From positions 59,024,001 through 59,088,000 of the forward strand of contig NC_042999.1 in NCBI RefSeq assembly GCF_006345805.1: DNA of 64,000 nt. The letters are read 5' to 3'. The translations under genes were made by a program, and so were the position numbers. Below the pieces are notes generated by a model that was not told where the DNA came from, did not search any database, and worked only from the letters and a program-made list of their open reading frames with translations. This stretch comes from Octopus sinensis (taxonomy: Eukaryota). Numbering within the stretch: the stretch's first letter is position 1; every line of letters starts with the position of its first letter. Positions 13,733 to 28,019 of this stretch are shown here, piece by piece.

Positions 13733-14562
13733 ATATATGTATATATATATATATATGTATATATATGATATATATATATATATATTATATATATATGTAT
13801 ATATGTATGTATATATTTATAGTATATATATATGTATATTATATATATGTATATATATATATATATATTATATATAGTATATATATATACATATATATAC
13901 ATATTATATACATATATATACATATATTTAAATTCGTGTGCATGTGTCTATATGTACATACAAACATACCCACACAAATATGTGTATACATATCATATTT
14001 GTAAGTATGTGTATGACGTCTGTATGTATAATAGACATCTGTATGCATGTGTATATATGTGCGTGTGTCTAGCTCTGTATGTCCATGTAAACGTAGCCGC
14101 AATGCGAGGTTAGCAAACTTCTCTCCTTATCTAAAATATCTTACAACGCCAGAAATATTATTAGATATTTCTTAAGAAGATATTACACAATTTTTATAAA
14201 GTGTCAGAACCAAGATAAATTTCAGTTGAAATAGAAGCACTTCATGTATTTCCTTATCGACTGTAACTCCCTCTATATTTATCTGTGTATAGCCTTCTAC
14301 TCCACCCCACATACAAATAACACGCTGATACCCACATATGTGTGCGTCTCTCTAACTTACACAAGTAAAATTTCTTTCTTTTTTTTCCCCAAATTTTCCC
14401 TTCTCTGTATCGTTTCTCGTTTCTTCTTTCTCCAAGATGGTTTTATACACTTTTATTCACGCCTAAAATTTCTCTTACAATTCACGCGATTGGTCTCATT
14501 CTCTCGCTGTATTTGTGTGCGGGTGTATAAGTTTGTGCCTGTCTGCGTGATGAGCATCTATA

Positions 14563-14603
<41 letters not shown>

Positions 14604-14876
14604 ATCTATCTATCTATACATACATACATACACATTTCATCATGTTGAACCGCTACCACTACACAATCTTTTCTCTGTTCTTTTTTTTTTCATTCTCTCC
14701 GATTTGTGTTCCTTCCATAGTTGGAATCATGGAAGACTTCCGAATTCTTCCTGAGCGTCAAACTAATAAACCTGCTTGTAATTGCTTCACATATCTTTGT
14801 CTTTTGTTTTCTGTAAATTTGAACTATATATATATATGTGTATATATATGTGTGTGTGTATGTGTGTGTGTATGTA

Positions 14877-14925
<49 letters not shown>

Positions 14926-15491
14926 ATATATGTATATATATATATATGTATAATATATATTATGTATCTATATATATATGTGTGTATATATATATATATG
15001 TTATGTATATATATATGTATGTATATATGTATATATATATATATGTATATATATGTATATATCTATATCTATATATAATATGTATATATATGTTTGTATA
15101 TATATTTATGTTATATATATATATATATATGTATGTATATACATATATATATATAATACATATATATGCGTGTGTGTGTTTGTGTAAGTGTATGCTTATA
15201 TATATATATATGTATGTATGTATATATATATGAATATATATATGTGTGAATATATATACATTTATATAAATATGTGTATATACATATAATGTATATATAT
15301 ATACGCATATTATATAAATATATATATTCACATATATATATATATATACATACATGCATATATATCTATATATAAACGTGTATATAATAGTAATATATAT
15401 ATATAATATAATATATATATAATATATCTATATAAAATATAATATATTATTTAATATTATACATATATATGTAGATATATATATATATATA

Positions 15492-15522
<31 letters not shown>

Positions 15523-18500
15523 TATACGCAAATAAGCAAGAAGAATGACTCCGGTAATTTGGTACGATCGTTTCGTACTACATCATTTTATTAAATGTTT
15601 TAAGTATTACAACCGTTTTAAAATGCTGAGCACTCATCAGCCAATTATAGAGGTTTTCCATTAATACAAAAATTTTCATATCAAGTGGCAACATTATAGA
15701 GAAGGTAAATACATAGACAAAGATGTGGATTTAAATTTTAAGAACATTTGAGGTAGTGGAGCCCATCAACTGACTGACTAAGATTCAGTTGTTCCAGACT
15801 ACTGTAAGGTTCTGAGAAGGAAGAACAAATGAAAAGAGACAATAAAGATTTTCTAAGTATAGAAATGGGGTAAAGGAGTTGTCATAGCTCCATATAAGGA
15901 ATTTATGTAGAAGACAGCATTGTCACAACTAAATGCCAATTACTACTATTTGATGAACAGATTCAGTGTTAGGAGAACTAGGTTAAAGTCAAATGGTCAC
16001 AATAACATTCACAGAGAATGCAGAGACCTTACAAACCCTCTGCATATCAACACAACAGTTAGTCTATAAGTTCCAAGTACTTTGACACGTTAGAATAAAG
16101 GAAAAAATATAAATCTAAAATTTATTAAAATTTTGAGAAAGAGACCATCACTTATTATGAGTAGGCATAGTACTTATTAACTGGGGGGAAAAGCCTTGTC
16201 ATATATTTCCCACTTATTCGTTTTATAACTTTGTCACTCTTATTCAGCTGTCTATTTCTTTTTCATTTCTCTCTCTAGAAATCAATTTGAATTTAACAGT
16301 GTTAGCAAAAGTCTCGGTTTCTGCAGAGCTATTTCTGATAAATTATAACTTAACAACTCATGTGGTCCAATCCTGAGGCGACAGGCCTAAACGACCGCCA
16401 ACGCCAACTGAAATTACTTTAGCTAGAATTTGGTAACAGCTGTGTTATTTATGATGTCACTGAAAAATGAAACTGTGTCTCATGCACACATTTATCAATA
16501 AATCTGATTCACTTTGATCAAATTCATTCTCTTATATATTAAGAATTTCCAGATACGTTTAGGACTAAGTGTGCACGAGTATTTTTGAACCCCGAAGTTT
16601 CAGAGTCTCTGTAGTGAACTCACCAAGAAATCGTCTTTCATGGAAAATAAGCGCAATATACCATTTCCAAGACTGTTAGTAAAAAGACTCAGTCAAACGA
16701 AAATGTTCTTCTCTCGACCGGGCCCGTCGCTCCACGAAAGCGCAGGCACGGCTAACCGACGGAGACGGGCAAACGCACCTCGCTCTCAGCAAGAACGGCG
16801 CAGAGAAAACGGAAGAACAATACCAGAGGATGGAGACATTTAAACCAGTATTGTTTCGGCAACAGTAAATTGACAACGGTTCGATAGTTTATTACTGGCT
16901 GCTGCTGATCGGCGCATTTAATGCTCACGTCAATTTTATATTCACTAATTCAGTAAAGTCATTCGTGTATGTCTGCACATATATCATCCATGAATGTAAG
17001 GCTGCAGTATTCGCTTTGACATAACATAATCTCGAGGTGAAGATATAGAGAGTCATGAAAGGCACTGTATCAGTTGCAATGTAGCCATCTACAATTTTGT
17101 CATATTTCTCATTTATGAAGATACTCAAGCGTTCCATAACTTCGGAAATGGCCTGCAGGCTCAGTTCACTCAAGCAACTACTGCTTAGCAAGCATAACAT
17201 CTATTCAAAAGACCCTTGTCTTACAGTCATTTTTAAGTGCTGCCGTTATGATACTTTCATCTGAGTACTGCTTTACCATCAAATCTCATCTAGAAGGTAG
17301 AGGGATATTATAGCAACATAATCACTTTTTCAAAGTTTCAAAATGGCCATCTTCATCTCTGTTTTTTGGAACAAGTTATAGAGACGAATAATGTAAAGTG
17401 TCTCAAATTTATATATGTTTTGATGTTATTGTTGGATGAGTCTATAGACTACCAAAACTAAATGTCTCTTTCTACGACATTGTGTAATGTTGAAGCATTA
17501 TAGTAATATGTTCTAAATACACAATGGCAAAATTAACACCACGCTTAGGGAGACATATTTTATATTACTATAAAATTAAGCCTACTAGTAAAATTAAGTT
17601 CTAGTTGTCTCAGAGATTTTATGATATTTGGTTAACATGGTGTTGACCATCCAATCCACTTACGCTTTCGCTCAAGTATTTTCAGGACCTCGCTGAAAAT
17701 TAAAAGTACCAAATTCAATACATGTATCCCAGTATAGAAATGAATCTCACAGACGAAACCAACAACTCTTCCTAATCGACAAAAAAAGTTAAAAAGAAGC
17801 TTATCAATGCTAAAAATCTCAATAAAAGAGGGGATGTATTTATGCACAGAATTTCACTGACACCAACAAATATATTAATTAAGGAAGACTTTAGTTTCCA
17901 GAATATCTGTGCTTTGCTATGTCAGTCAGGAAATGCTGAGGAAAAATACTGAAAAAAATGTGGCCAATTTTGCCTGGGCAAGAGAAGAAAATCAACACCA
18001 TCTCTTTAATAGAACGTTATTGCTTTTCTGTGGGAAATTTATTTTCAATGAAAGAAAAGGAATCGTTATCGCTCTATATTTTTAATGCAGTCCTATACCT
18101 GATGCACAGAGCGTTACTGATATACACTCGATATTGGTCTCTAATTTTGGCTCAAAGCCAACAGTTTCGGGGAAGATTCTAAGTCGATTACATCGACTCC
18201 TTTGCTCATTTGGTACTTATTTTATCAAGCCCGAAGAATGCAAGGCTAAGCCGACCCCGGGGGAATCTGAAGTCAGAACGTAAATACGGACGAAATGCCG
18301 CTAAGCATGCTAACGAGTCAGCTAGTTCAGCACCTTAACAATATATCATAAATATTGCCAGACACTGAATTCCATTAATAAATGAAAACAATACAGGTTA
18401 ATTATTTCGTTCCTCTAATAAAGGATAATTTTTCAATCAAACTAAGACAGTGTTAAATTAAAACCACTATTGCATTAGTAAAACTTAATAGCTAGTCTCC

Positions 18501-18778
18501 AAACTGGACAAGGCCGGATATTCTGCTGGCAACTCACACTCACACACACAGAGAATTGCAATCAATAAAGCTGCAAAGACATCACAAAAACTTACTCAGA
18601 ATTTCACATTCTAGTTCGTCGGAATTTTTGGTTGAGAATGAAACAAAATACGAGTAAGAGTTTTTTTTTTTTTTGATGTCTTTGCAGTTTTATCAATAAA
18701 GGATATTACTCTACCTCCAGTATTCGAGTACTAATTCTTCAAACTTGTTTAACATTTATGTGCTTGCTATGGTATATA

Positions 18779-18810
<32 letters not shown>

Positions 18811-19019
18811 TATTATATATATATATGTATATATATATATATGTATATATATTATATATATATATGTATATATATATGTATGTATATATATATGTGTAAA
18901 TATGTATATATATGTATATATATATGTATATTATATATATATATGTATGTATGTATACAGATATATATGCGTGTGTGTGTATTTATATATATATATATAT
19001 ATCAGTGTGTCGCTTTATT

Positions 19020-19265
19020 CATCAATCAATCGAACGTTGCAACAAAGTACGACCTCGTATTATCATACCTGATGTCACTCCTTTGGCTAGGGACACAAGA
19101 CAACTTTCCGTCTGAATTGGTCATATGTTACCCATTTGCAACTGTGTGGACTGGAGAAACGTGAAATAATGAAGTATTTTACTATAGAACGCAAGCTTCT
19201 ACAGATCTGGTATTCGAAACCTCAATCGTGCGATCATGAGTGCAGCAACTTAACCACTAGGCCAC
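19020..19265 (-). mobile_element. Old decayed tRNA-headed SINE
   Basis: Minus-strand TGGCCTAGTGGTTAAG A-box-like and GGTTTCGAATACC B-box-like motifs. Confidence 0.55.
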
Positions 19266-19284
19266 GCACATATCTATCTATCTA

Positions 19285-19356
<72 letters not shown>

Positions 19357-20489
19357 GTATACGTATGCATATATATATATGTATATGTATATATATAATT
19401 ATATATATGTATGTATGTGTCTATATATATATATATTCATATTTATATTTATATATGCATAATTCTTCTAAATACAAATGTTCAGTTCATCGGCTTACAG
19501 ATATATATGCATATTTGTGTACGGCATGTGTGTGTATGTGTGAGGGAGAGAGGGAGAGAGTACGTGTGTGTGTTTAAGTGTGTATTATTAGCGATATCTT
19601 AACATTTAATCTGAACATACTTCTATTTATTTCCTTCTCAAATTGTCAATGGATTTGGAGGAATTTTAAGCCGTCTTGTCTGAGCCTCTCCCACAGGCAA
19701 TAAACTCGTCTGGATGTTACTTTTTTTTTTTTTTGCTTTCATCTTTCCGTAACGCTAAGCATAAAAAAAAACATTATTTATATTCATATTTTATCCACTC
19801 ATTTCAGCGTAGTTATTTCCATAAATATAATGGAATGTTACTTGTTTTAACAAACTAGCATACTAGATAACGTTCTGAGCAGTTTATTTGCAAATTTATG
19901 AATGCAGATAAGGCAGTTTAGTTACGAAGCTCTCCCTACAAATACATGGTATCGGGTTCGATCTCACACTGGGAAAGTGTCTTCTATTTTTGCTTCAAGT
20001 CTAACTCTTCACATTAATCCTAGCAAAGAAATTTATAGATTTCGGGACCACACTGATTAATTACTTCTTTGAAAACACTTTAAATAATGCCGTGTTCACA
20101 ATTTTCGTCCAAACATAGACAATCTCTCCTCCTTCATTTCTGTATCGTAACACTCTTTAACTATTTTATTATCTATTGCCACCTCTTAGTAACTTTAGTG
20201 ATAAATTTTCAGACTTTCGATAAATTGACTATGGATCATTTGACGTTAGTGTTTCACGTGGGTCTCATCTAGCATACACTGGTTTCTACAAACAGCAATG
20301 CATTGAATATGTAATTAAGTCAGCTACATGTGTACTGTGTACACTAATTGCCTATTTCCAGAAACACTGAATAATTGAAATCATCTGAAACTTTGCCTTG
20401 TTCTGTTAGATCTCTTTCATGCTTCATTTAGCTTTTTAATCTTGGCACTTGTGTACCCACCTACTTACTCACAAACATATTGGGAATTA

Positions 20490-20710
20490 GAAGGCGCCGA
20501 GCTGGCACGCCGGGCGAAATGCGTAGCTGTATTTCGTCTACCGTTACGTTCTGAGTTCAAATTCCGCCGAGGTCGACTTTGCCTTTCATCCTTTCGGGGT
20601 CGATAAATTATGTACCAGTTACGCACTGGGGTCGATGTAATCGACTTAATCCGTTTGTCTGTCCTTGTTTGTCCCCTCTATGTTTAGCCCCTTGTGGGTA
20701 ATAAAGAAAC
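20490..20710 (+). mobile_element. tRNA-derived SINE family A monomer with 15-bp TSD
   Basis: Perfect direct repeat ACATATTGGGAATTA at 20475-20489 and 20711-20725; B-box-like GAGTTCAAATTCC; central GTCGACTTTGCCTTTCATCCTTTCGGGGTCGATAAA block. Confidence 0.92.
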
Positions 20711-23700
20711 ACATATTGGGAATTATTGGCAGGGAATTGGCAACCTGGTAGTTTGAAAAATGCATTTAACCGTCTATAACAGCGGTCCTCCAATATTTTT
20801 ACCTATAGATACCTTTTAATTCTTATTTTGCTCGGTGCGATCCTCATTGTTTAAAAAATCTTATATTTTTATAATGAAATATTATTAGGAATAGTACAAA
20901 CAAATGTTGAAATGTTTTAGTTACTGAAGAAGTATAACAAGTTTAGTGCACAAGATTTAGCAACAAAATCTGTTGTGGACTAATATGGTGATAAGGACAC
21001 CCGGTTGGTACAACTGGCCTACAGCTTCTGATTTTATGTTCGATGCATTTCTGTACTAACCATTTCTTTACTGTGTCATGGAATACCAGAAATATCCATG
21101 ATATTATTCTCACCGTTCATTCCTGTCAATAATGTCCGTGTGTTTCGTTTATGCTGTGGGAAGTAGTGACTCGAATGGAGAAAGATAGAAGAGGGAGAAG
21201 GGGAGACAATGAGAACAACAGAAATAGTGAAATCAATGAAATATATATAGAAAAAATACGATTGAGTGTTAGAGAGAAGGAGGAGGGATTCATTAGTCAA
21301 CATTTATGTTTTGAAATCACAGGCAGAGACGAAACGTTTAACATAATGAAATAATATCATGAAGATCTATAAATTAAAAGATATATCTATAGGTAGGTAA
21401 ATTAAAGTGAACTGACCTTATCAAATAGTTGTGGAAGTTACACTGTTATCTCTTGCGTGTTCCAGAACAAAGGATGAGGTTATGCTGGGTGATGCACCAG
21501 CAATATACTTTTTTTTGTATTAGGTTTAAATGCTAATTGGTGTTATGAGAATAGACAGGTACATACATCGGTAGGATGGAAATTAGACATAGTTAATTAA
21601 ACAAAGAGATCAAAATATATGCATCAGACAAATAGGCAGATGCGTAAGTGAGCCTACATTAATAAAAAGGTATGCAGGTAGATAAAAATATTAATAGATA
21701 CGCAAATAGATAGGCACCTGAACTGAAATGAAATGAAAATAATCTCAAATGGCAAATAACTTAAAATGAGCCTTAGTGGGGGAGGGGGTTGAGAAACGAA
21801 AATTATAGCTATATATATACATGAATAAGTGTTTATGTTTTTAATTAATCTTTTATTTCATTGAACTATATAACACATCACATCTGTCAAACATATTGGT
21901 TTCAAATGTTGACAGGACGTCAACATTTGCGGAGGTGGGGCTACGTGGATTACAGTGGCAACCAGTGCTCAACTGGTGCTTATTTTATCAACCTGGAAAG
22001 GATCAAAGGCAAAATCGATCTCGGCGGAATGTAAACCCAGAAGACAAATACGGACGATATGCCACGAAGCATTTTGCCCTGTATGCAAACGATTCTGCCA
22101 ACTCGTCGACTTAAATATCAGCCAAACATATTAAAGCAAGGTAAATAAGGAAAACCTTCTAAATTCCTACTGATTATATTTAAAAGCACAGTTTTAATTA
22201 CATGGCAGAGTCGCAAAAGAGTTTTTTGAAATTCCTTGCTGTTGTTTAATATACTTACATTGTTTTCAAATATGCTAACTTACACCGTGGAAGTTCATTT
22301 AAGAACGACACTTCATGTACCAAGTGAAATATTAACTTGGAAAGCCTTGCTTGAGGTAATTTAAAGGGTGCTTTGAGATTTTCTTCTGGCTCAAATTTTT
22401 ACTTGCTATCCAAAACATTATTCCATTGGGATTAATACTACGTTTTTGTATGGGAACACTCAGTGGTTCTCATGAAGAATATCTGGTATTTTAATAAAAC
22501 CTTTACCAGCCACCAGTGCGTGAGACAACAGGAAATTTTTGCATGGTTTCTCAACTTACTAGAAAGTGCAGCAAAATTGGCCTCAAACTACACCCTACCA
22601 ACTTAAAGAAAGTACATTAGAAAAATGTCTAACATTCGAAAAATGGTCGTAGGTACGATGGTAGTTTTGATAGCTGAAGCGGATTGCTGGAAGTCTTTCG
22701 ATAATATGTTGGTAAGCGATCAGGATTGGTCTGTTATGGGAAACAATAACAACAGCAGCAACGTGGATACATGATACACGCCAACTTTTACCAATTCATG
22801 AAGTCTCTTGGAAGATCTTAACACTAATTATAGTCTTGAGAAATTTTGTGTTTATAATTTTCTCAGCTATTTTGTCTTTCTTGAACACTACGGGTTTCTC
22901 TTCCCGTCCCTAGACATATCCCATATAACTTATCCATGTTTGACCTCATATTGCTTAACAGCTTGCAAACTATCATCCTAGAGAACCGACAACATCCATC
23001 ATTATTATACAAATATTTCTGGTTCCCTTTCCTAATTTTACCTTTTCCATTTTTAACCAACATTTTCCCTCAATATTCATAACTCATGCAGATCGTTCTT
23101 GCTTCTTTCATATTAGCTTCAAATTTTGACAGAAGGCCTGCAATTTCTAGGGAGAAGGTAAATAGATTTCATCGATCCTCTAGGATTCGACTGCTACTTA
23201 TTTTATAGACCCCGAAAGGGATGAAAGGCAAAATAAACCTCGGAGGAATTTGAACTCAGAACGAAAATACCGACGAAATGATGCAAAGCATTCTAACCAG
23301 TGTGCTGATGATTGTACCAAGCTCACCGATCTCTTATTCCTTTCATATTATTTCACTGTTAATAGATCCAAATCTTAAGCATCTAAAAAAGTTTGATTTC
23401 TTTTAGAGATTGCTTGTAATCTATTTCAAAGTCTATTTTAATTTCTCTTCTGTTAATCAGTTATCTTCAATCTTTCATTTTATCCCTTCATTTATATTCT
23501 CAACAATTACAAACGCAACGGTAATTATTCCCTTTTCTGTCTATATTTATTACTCTAGCTACTGATTTTCCCATTGCATAAACTAAATCAGTTATAGCCC
23601 TCACATTGTCTAATTTTCTTAGATGGTATTGTAACAACGAGGGCTGATTCTAGGGTGCATTAAGATTACTAGCCGTAATCTTACTGCGTTGAAAAATGTT

Positions 23701-24353
23701 AATGGGAGTGGAATCCATCCCACTCATTAGTAGTAATTAACGAAAGCTACAATAATAATAACTAATGAAGTGATGCCTTTGGGCCAAGCCTAATCGACAA
23801 ATCGATCGCTTTATACAATACACATTAACAGGAAACATGAGATAATTAAGCCTTAACCATTGGTGGCATGAATGCTAAAAGCAATTTGATTCGGTTGGTA
23901 AACATAACTTCAGAATTAATTGGATGGTAAATTGGCAAGGACTACTTCCATCTCAGAAGTTGGGTATTAGCAATTCGTCTTTCCTCCACCATTTTCGTTA
24001 TTCTTCCCATACTTCGTATTACTTTATTTCAAGGAATTCTGTTTATCACAAGCGTCTACCACAATCTTATTACTTCCTTTCGCTCCAGGATCTGAAAATA
24101 TAGTAAGATTAAGCATTCGATGGATCATAGGTACTGCACCTCTTCAGATTACGCTGTCAAGCAATAACGCTCAAAATAATGTTTGCTGTGGAAATATTCT
24201 TCTGGCGATATTTCTATATCGTATACTTATAGGCTATGAATTTTAAGATATAGAGCGTCAGACAAGCGTTCTTGTTTTAGCATTTCATTCTCAAATAACT
24301 CTGTTTTCTAATTAAACATTCAGCCTACAAAATTGTTAGAAATAGCGTTTTAT

Positions 24354-24548
24354 TTACTCTTTATTCTTTTACTTGTTTCAGTCATGTGATTATAGCCATG
24401 CTGGAGTACCGCCATTAGTCGAGCAAATCGACCCCAGGACTTATTCTTTGTAAGCCTAGTACTTATACTATCGGTGTATTTTGCTAATTTACGGGGACCT
24501 AAACACACCAGCATCGGTTGTCAAGCGATGTTGGTGAGGACAAACACA

Positions 24549-24585
<37 letters not shown>

Positions 24586-24742
24586 CTACGACAGAATTCC
24601 TTCAGTTTCCGTCTACCAAATCCACTCACAAGGCTTTGGTCGGCCCGAGGCTATAGTAGAAGACACTTGCCCAAAGTGCCACGCAGTGAGAATGAACCTG
24701 GAACCATGTGGCTGGTAAGCAAGCTACTTACTACACAGCCAC
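24354..24742 (-). mobile_element. SINE family B, full-length
   Basis: Full family match with internal (CA)n. Confidence 0.9.
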
Positions 24743-25076
24743 ACCTACGCATATATTCATCTTTTTCAATAATCTACAGGAAATGTGTACACCACCGCTT
24801 GAAAACTGGTATAATTTTGTTTAAATTTTCATAACCTAGCGGTTCAGGAAAGTGTCCGATAAAATAAGTACCAAATTTATAAAATAAGTACTAATCTTGA
24901 CTTTTTCGACTAAACATTTCAAGATGCAGATTATTAACTGAGACAAGTAAAAGGTAATCATCATCATCATTGTTCGACCGTGGTTGAGACAATGGAATTT
25001 ACCATGCTACGCCAGACTTCACGTTCCATCATGGCATTACGGAGGTCCTGTTGCTGGATGCCTGTATCCCTGTGGA

Positions 25077-27056
25077 TTACATCAGGGTAGGAGAGTGTGC
25101 GCCCTCTGGCAATGCGAGTAGATGGCTTCCAGCTCTACAACAATGTCCAGCAAACTGGACTCTCCTACCTATCACAAGAGATATCACAGGTGGTAGTTTC
25201 CCATATATTTGCATTTTGGTTGGATGGCGCTTCCACAAGAGATTTTGAGCTCTCATAAGGAGGCGAGTGTAGGTTCCATCCAACCGCCTCTCAAGCTTCT
25301 TTGATAACGTCCGGGTTTCTGAGCCATATAGTAGCATTGGTTCGACTGTGGCTTTGAAGATTTCAAGTTTGAAGTCTCTGCTTAGATTTGATGACCAGAT
25401 CTTATGCATGTCATTACAGGCTGACCAGGCCATACCTTTTCCAGTTAGAAAATCTTTTCCAGATGATGATATGTATGACCCAAGATATTTGTAATCAGAA
25501 ACCATATTTAAGGGCGCATTGTTGAGAGTATGGATGATGCAATCACTGTTGGACAGGCACTTGTTTATATATTCAGTCTTGGCCTCATTGAGGTAAAGAC
25601 GTACACAATTTGAGGCTTGTTCGAAGGATTGTAAAAGAGACTGGGCATTGGAGAGAGAATCCCCGATAAGAGCGATGTCGTCAGCAAAGTCAGTGTCTGT
25701 CAAGTATTCAGCTGGGTGTCTGCAACTTCTTCTTGGTTTTATTTCAAAACCCTTGCCAGAGATGGTATCAACTGACATACGTAGCACATAGTCAACGACA
25801 ATGATGAAAAGAAATGGGGCGAGCGTGTCTCCCTGCAGTATTCCGGCTTTGAATGAGAAAGATGATGTTTCTCCGTCAGGGGTTAAGATGGTTGAAGACG
25901 TATCTGTGTAGAGGACCTTGATGGCAGAAATGATTTTGTCTGGTATCCCATAGAGCTTAAGGATTTCAAACATCTTGTACCTATCTACAGAATCAAACGC
26001 CTTAGAAAAGTCTACAAATAACATTGCAAGATCGCGATTAAATGCTTTTGATTCTTCAATAAGTCTGCGTGGGCATAGTATCTGGCTCAGCGTTGAGCGC
26101 CCATGTCTGAATCCATTTTGGTTCTTTCGGAGCAAAGGTTCAACAAAAAGGACAAGACGATTTAGAATCAGTTTGTTGTACAGTTTTGCAGCAATTGACA
26201 TTAGAGATATACCCCTGTAGTTGGTGACGAGGGATAAATCGCCTTTTTTGGGTATTGGGATGATTTGAGATTGGTGCCAAATCTTTGGAGCGACAAAGGT
26301 GGAAAGTGTGTGGTTGCAAAGGTTGAGCAAAAGTGTATGAAATCTATCATCCTTCCAAATTACAGCTGGGATGTTGTCGGGCCCAAATGCTTTCGAGGCT
26401 TTTAGTTGCTTGGTGGCTGCTGTCAGTTCAAATATGGTAAAAGGGGAGGTATTGATGTCCAGCATGTCTGATATAGGCACACTTGGGAGAGTGGGGTTAT
26501 CAGGGATTTTAGCATTCTTCCCAAGAAGGTTTTTAAAATGAGTTGACCAATTTTCTAAACGCTTCTTAGCTGATCCTCCTTTAATTCTAATTGATGACCC
26601 AGAATTTTTGCCTGATAGGTCTTTGATGGATTTCCAGGCGAGATGGTGTTTTTTACTAATGTGCTCTTTGGATAGTTTGCTAATTTTGCCATTGATAAAG
26701 TCGACCTCGGCGTTCAAGTAAGCCTCATCAAGATTCTTCTTGGCAGCTATGTGTTGGATCTTCAGTGACTGGGATGGAGAACGGTGGTAAGCTAGTGATC
26801 TAGACTTTAGATGGTTTCTGGCTTCGATGACATTTGGGGAATTAGAAGGTTTGCTCTGGCCCCTACTCTTCTTTTTGGGAAGAGTAGCCAGTGAAACTTC
26901 CTCTGTTGATTTGATGAGGCTGTTGTATACTTCTTCAATGTTCTCAGCATCTATTTCAGAAGTAGACAAAGATTGAAATGTGTTATAGACCTCAATAGTA
27001 AATTGTTTGGACATATCGGGGTTAGACAAGACTTCCTCCCAGTCGATCGTTTTCAT
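25077..27056 (-). pseudogene. RT-containing part of the RTE ORF (659 aa in track)
   Basis: Complete RT motif set with FADD. The C-terminus is frameshifted near 25110-25135; the RTE-like tail RGRTLSYPDVIHRD...EREVWRSMV continues in another frame to TGA at 24967-24969. Confidence 0.92.
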
Positions 27057-27188
27057 CAGGTGAGGCTTAGCTTTTTTGGATGAGCGAAGACTAAGCTTAA
27101 CGGTAGCTGATACAATTCTGTGGTCAGAGCCGACAGAACTAAAGGAAGAGTAGGATCTCGAGTTTTTAACACTATTGCGCCACTTCTT

Positions 27189-28019
27189 TCAAAAGATGAG
27201 GTAGTCAATTTGTGCCCTATCACCAGGTGGGGACTCGAATGTCCAAAGTTGACCTTTTGGTTTCATAAAATAATTGTTGGAGGTGTAGAGATTAAATTCC
27301 TCTAAGAAGTCTTTGAGCATTTCTCCGTTCCGATTAGTTTTAGAGTTGAAAGTAAACTTGGTCTCATCGGGTCCTAGTCTAGCATTCAGATCGCCAGCTA
27401 TAACTAGAAAATTATGGAGAGGTACTTGCTCAATGGTTGAAAGAAGGGTTGTATAAAAATTCTCAATCTCGTCTGCCGCAGACGAACTATGTGGGCTATA
27501 CACACATACCAATGTTGTTTTCAGGTTTCCATCTATCTCAAGCACCATAATTCTAGGTGAGATTGACTCGATACTCAAGAGAGTATCACTGGCTTTTGAT
27601 GAAAGTAGAAATCCGATACCTCCAACTGTTGAGTTAACAGTATTCTTTGATGCTGAGGAGGTTACAAGTTGATAAGAACCGACTTGATGGTATTTGAGGA
27701 TGTTGTCAGGGTGGTAAAATCGGTGTTCTTGGACAGCTATTATATCAATGCCAAGTGATTCTGCTTTTGCACCAAGTTCTTCTAGACGGCCGAGAGAACC
27801 GAGGGTGCGGGCATTGAAGGTGCTGAGTATCGTATGACTTTTACAGCTGATGAGGTGTTTGTTTGGTGTTGTTTGGTTGGGAGATGACTCTTCTCCATCA
27901 GGTGATACCTGTCTGTTAAGATTGAGGGCATCACCGTCAATGGATGCTCTTGGAGGTGAAACGTGATCAGGGACAGGACCGGCAAAGCAGGAGCTTGACC
28001 TACATCTGCAGGTATACCA
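27189..28019 (-). pseudogene. APE endonuclease part of the RTE ORF, ending in a premature TGA
   Basis: Stop-free frame 28019-27192 with no in-frame ATG before the APE motifs. TGA at 27189-27191 (IDYLIF*KKWRNSV), then 44 in-frame codons containing SDH lead to the RT ORF. Confidence 0.9.

Noticed and set aside
23700-23900. Cluster of TAAT homeodomain-type motifs
   Set aside because: Expected by chance at this AT content; conservation cannot be assessed.
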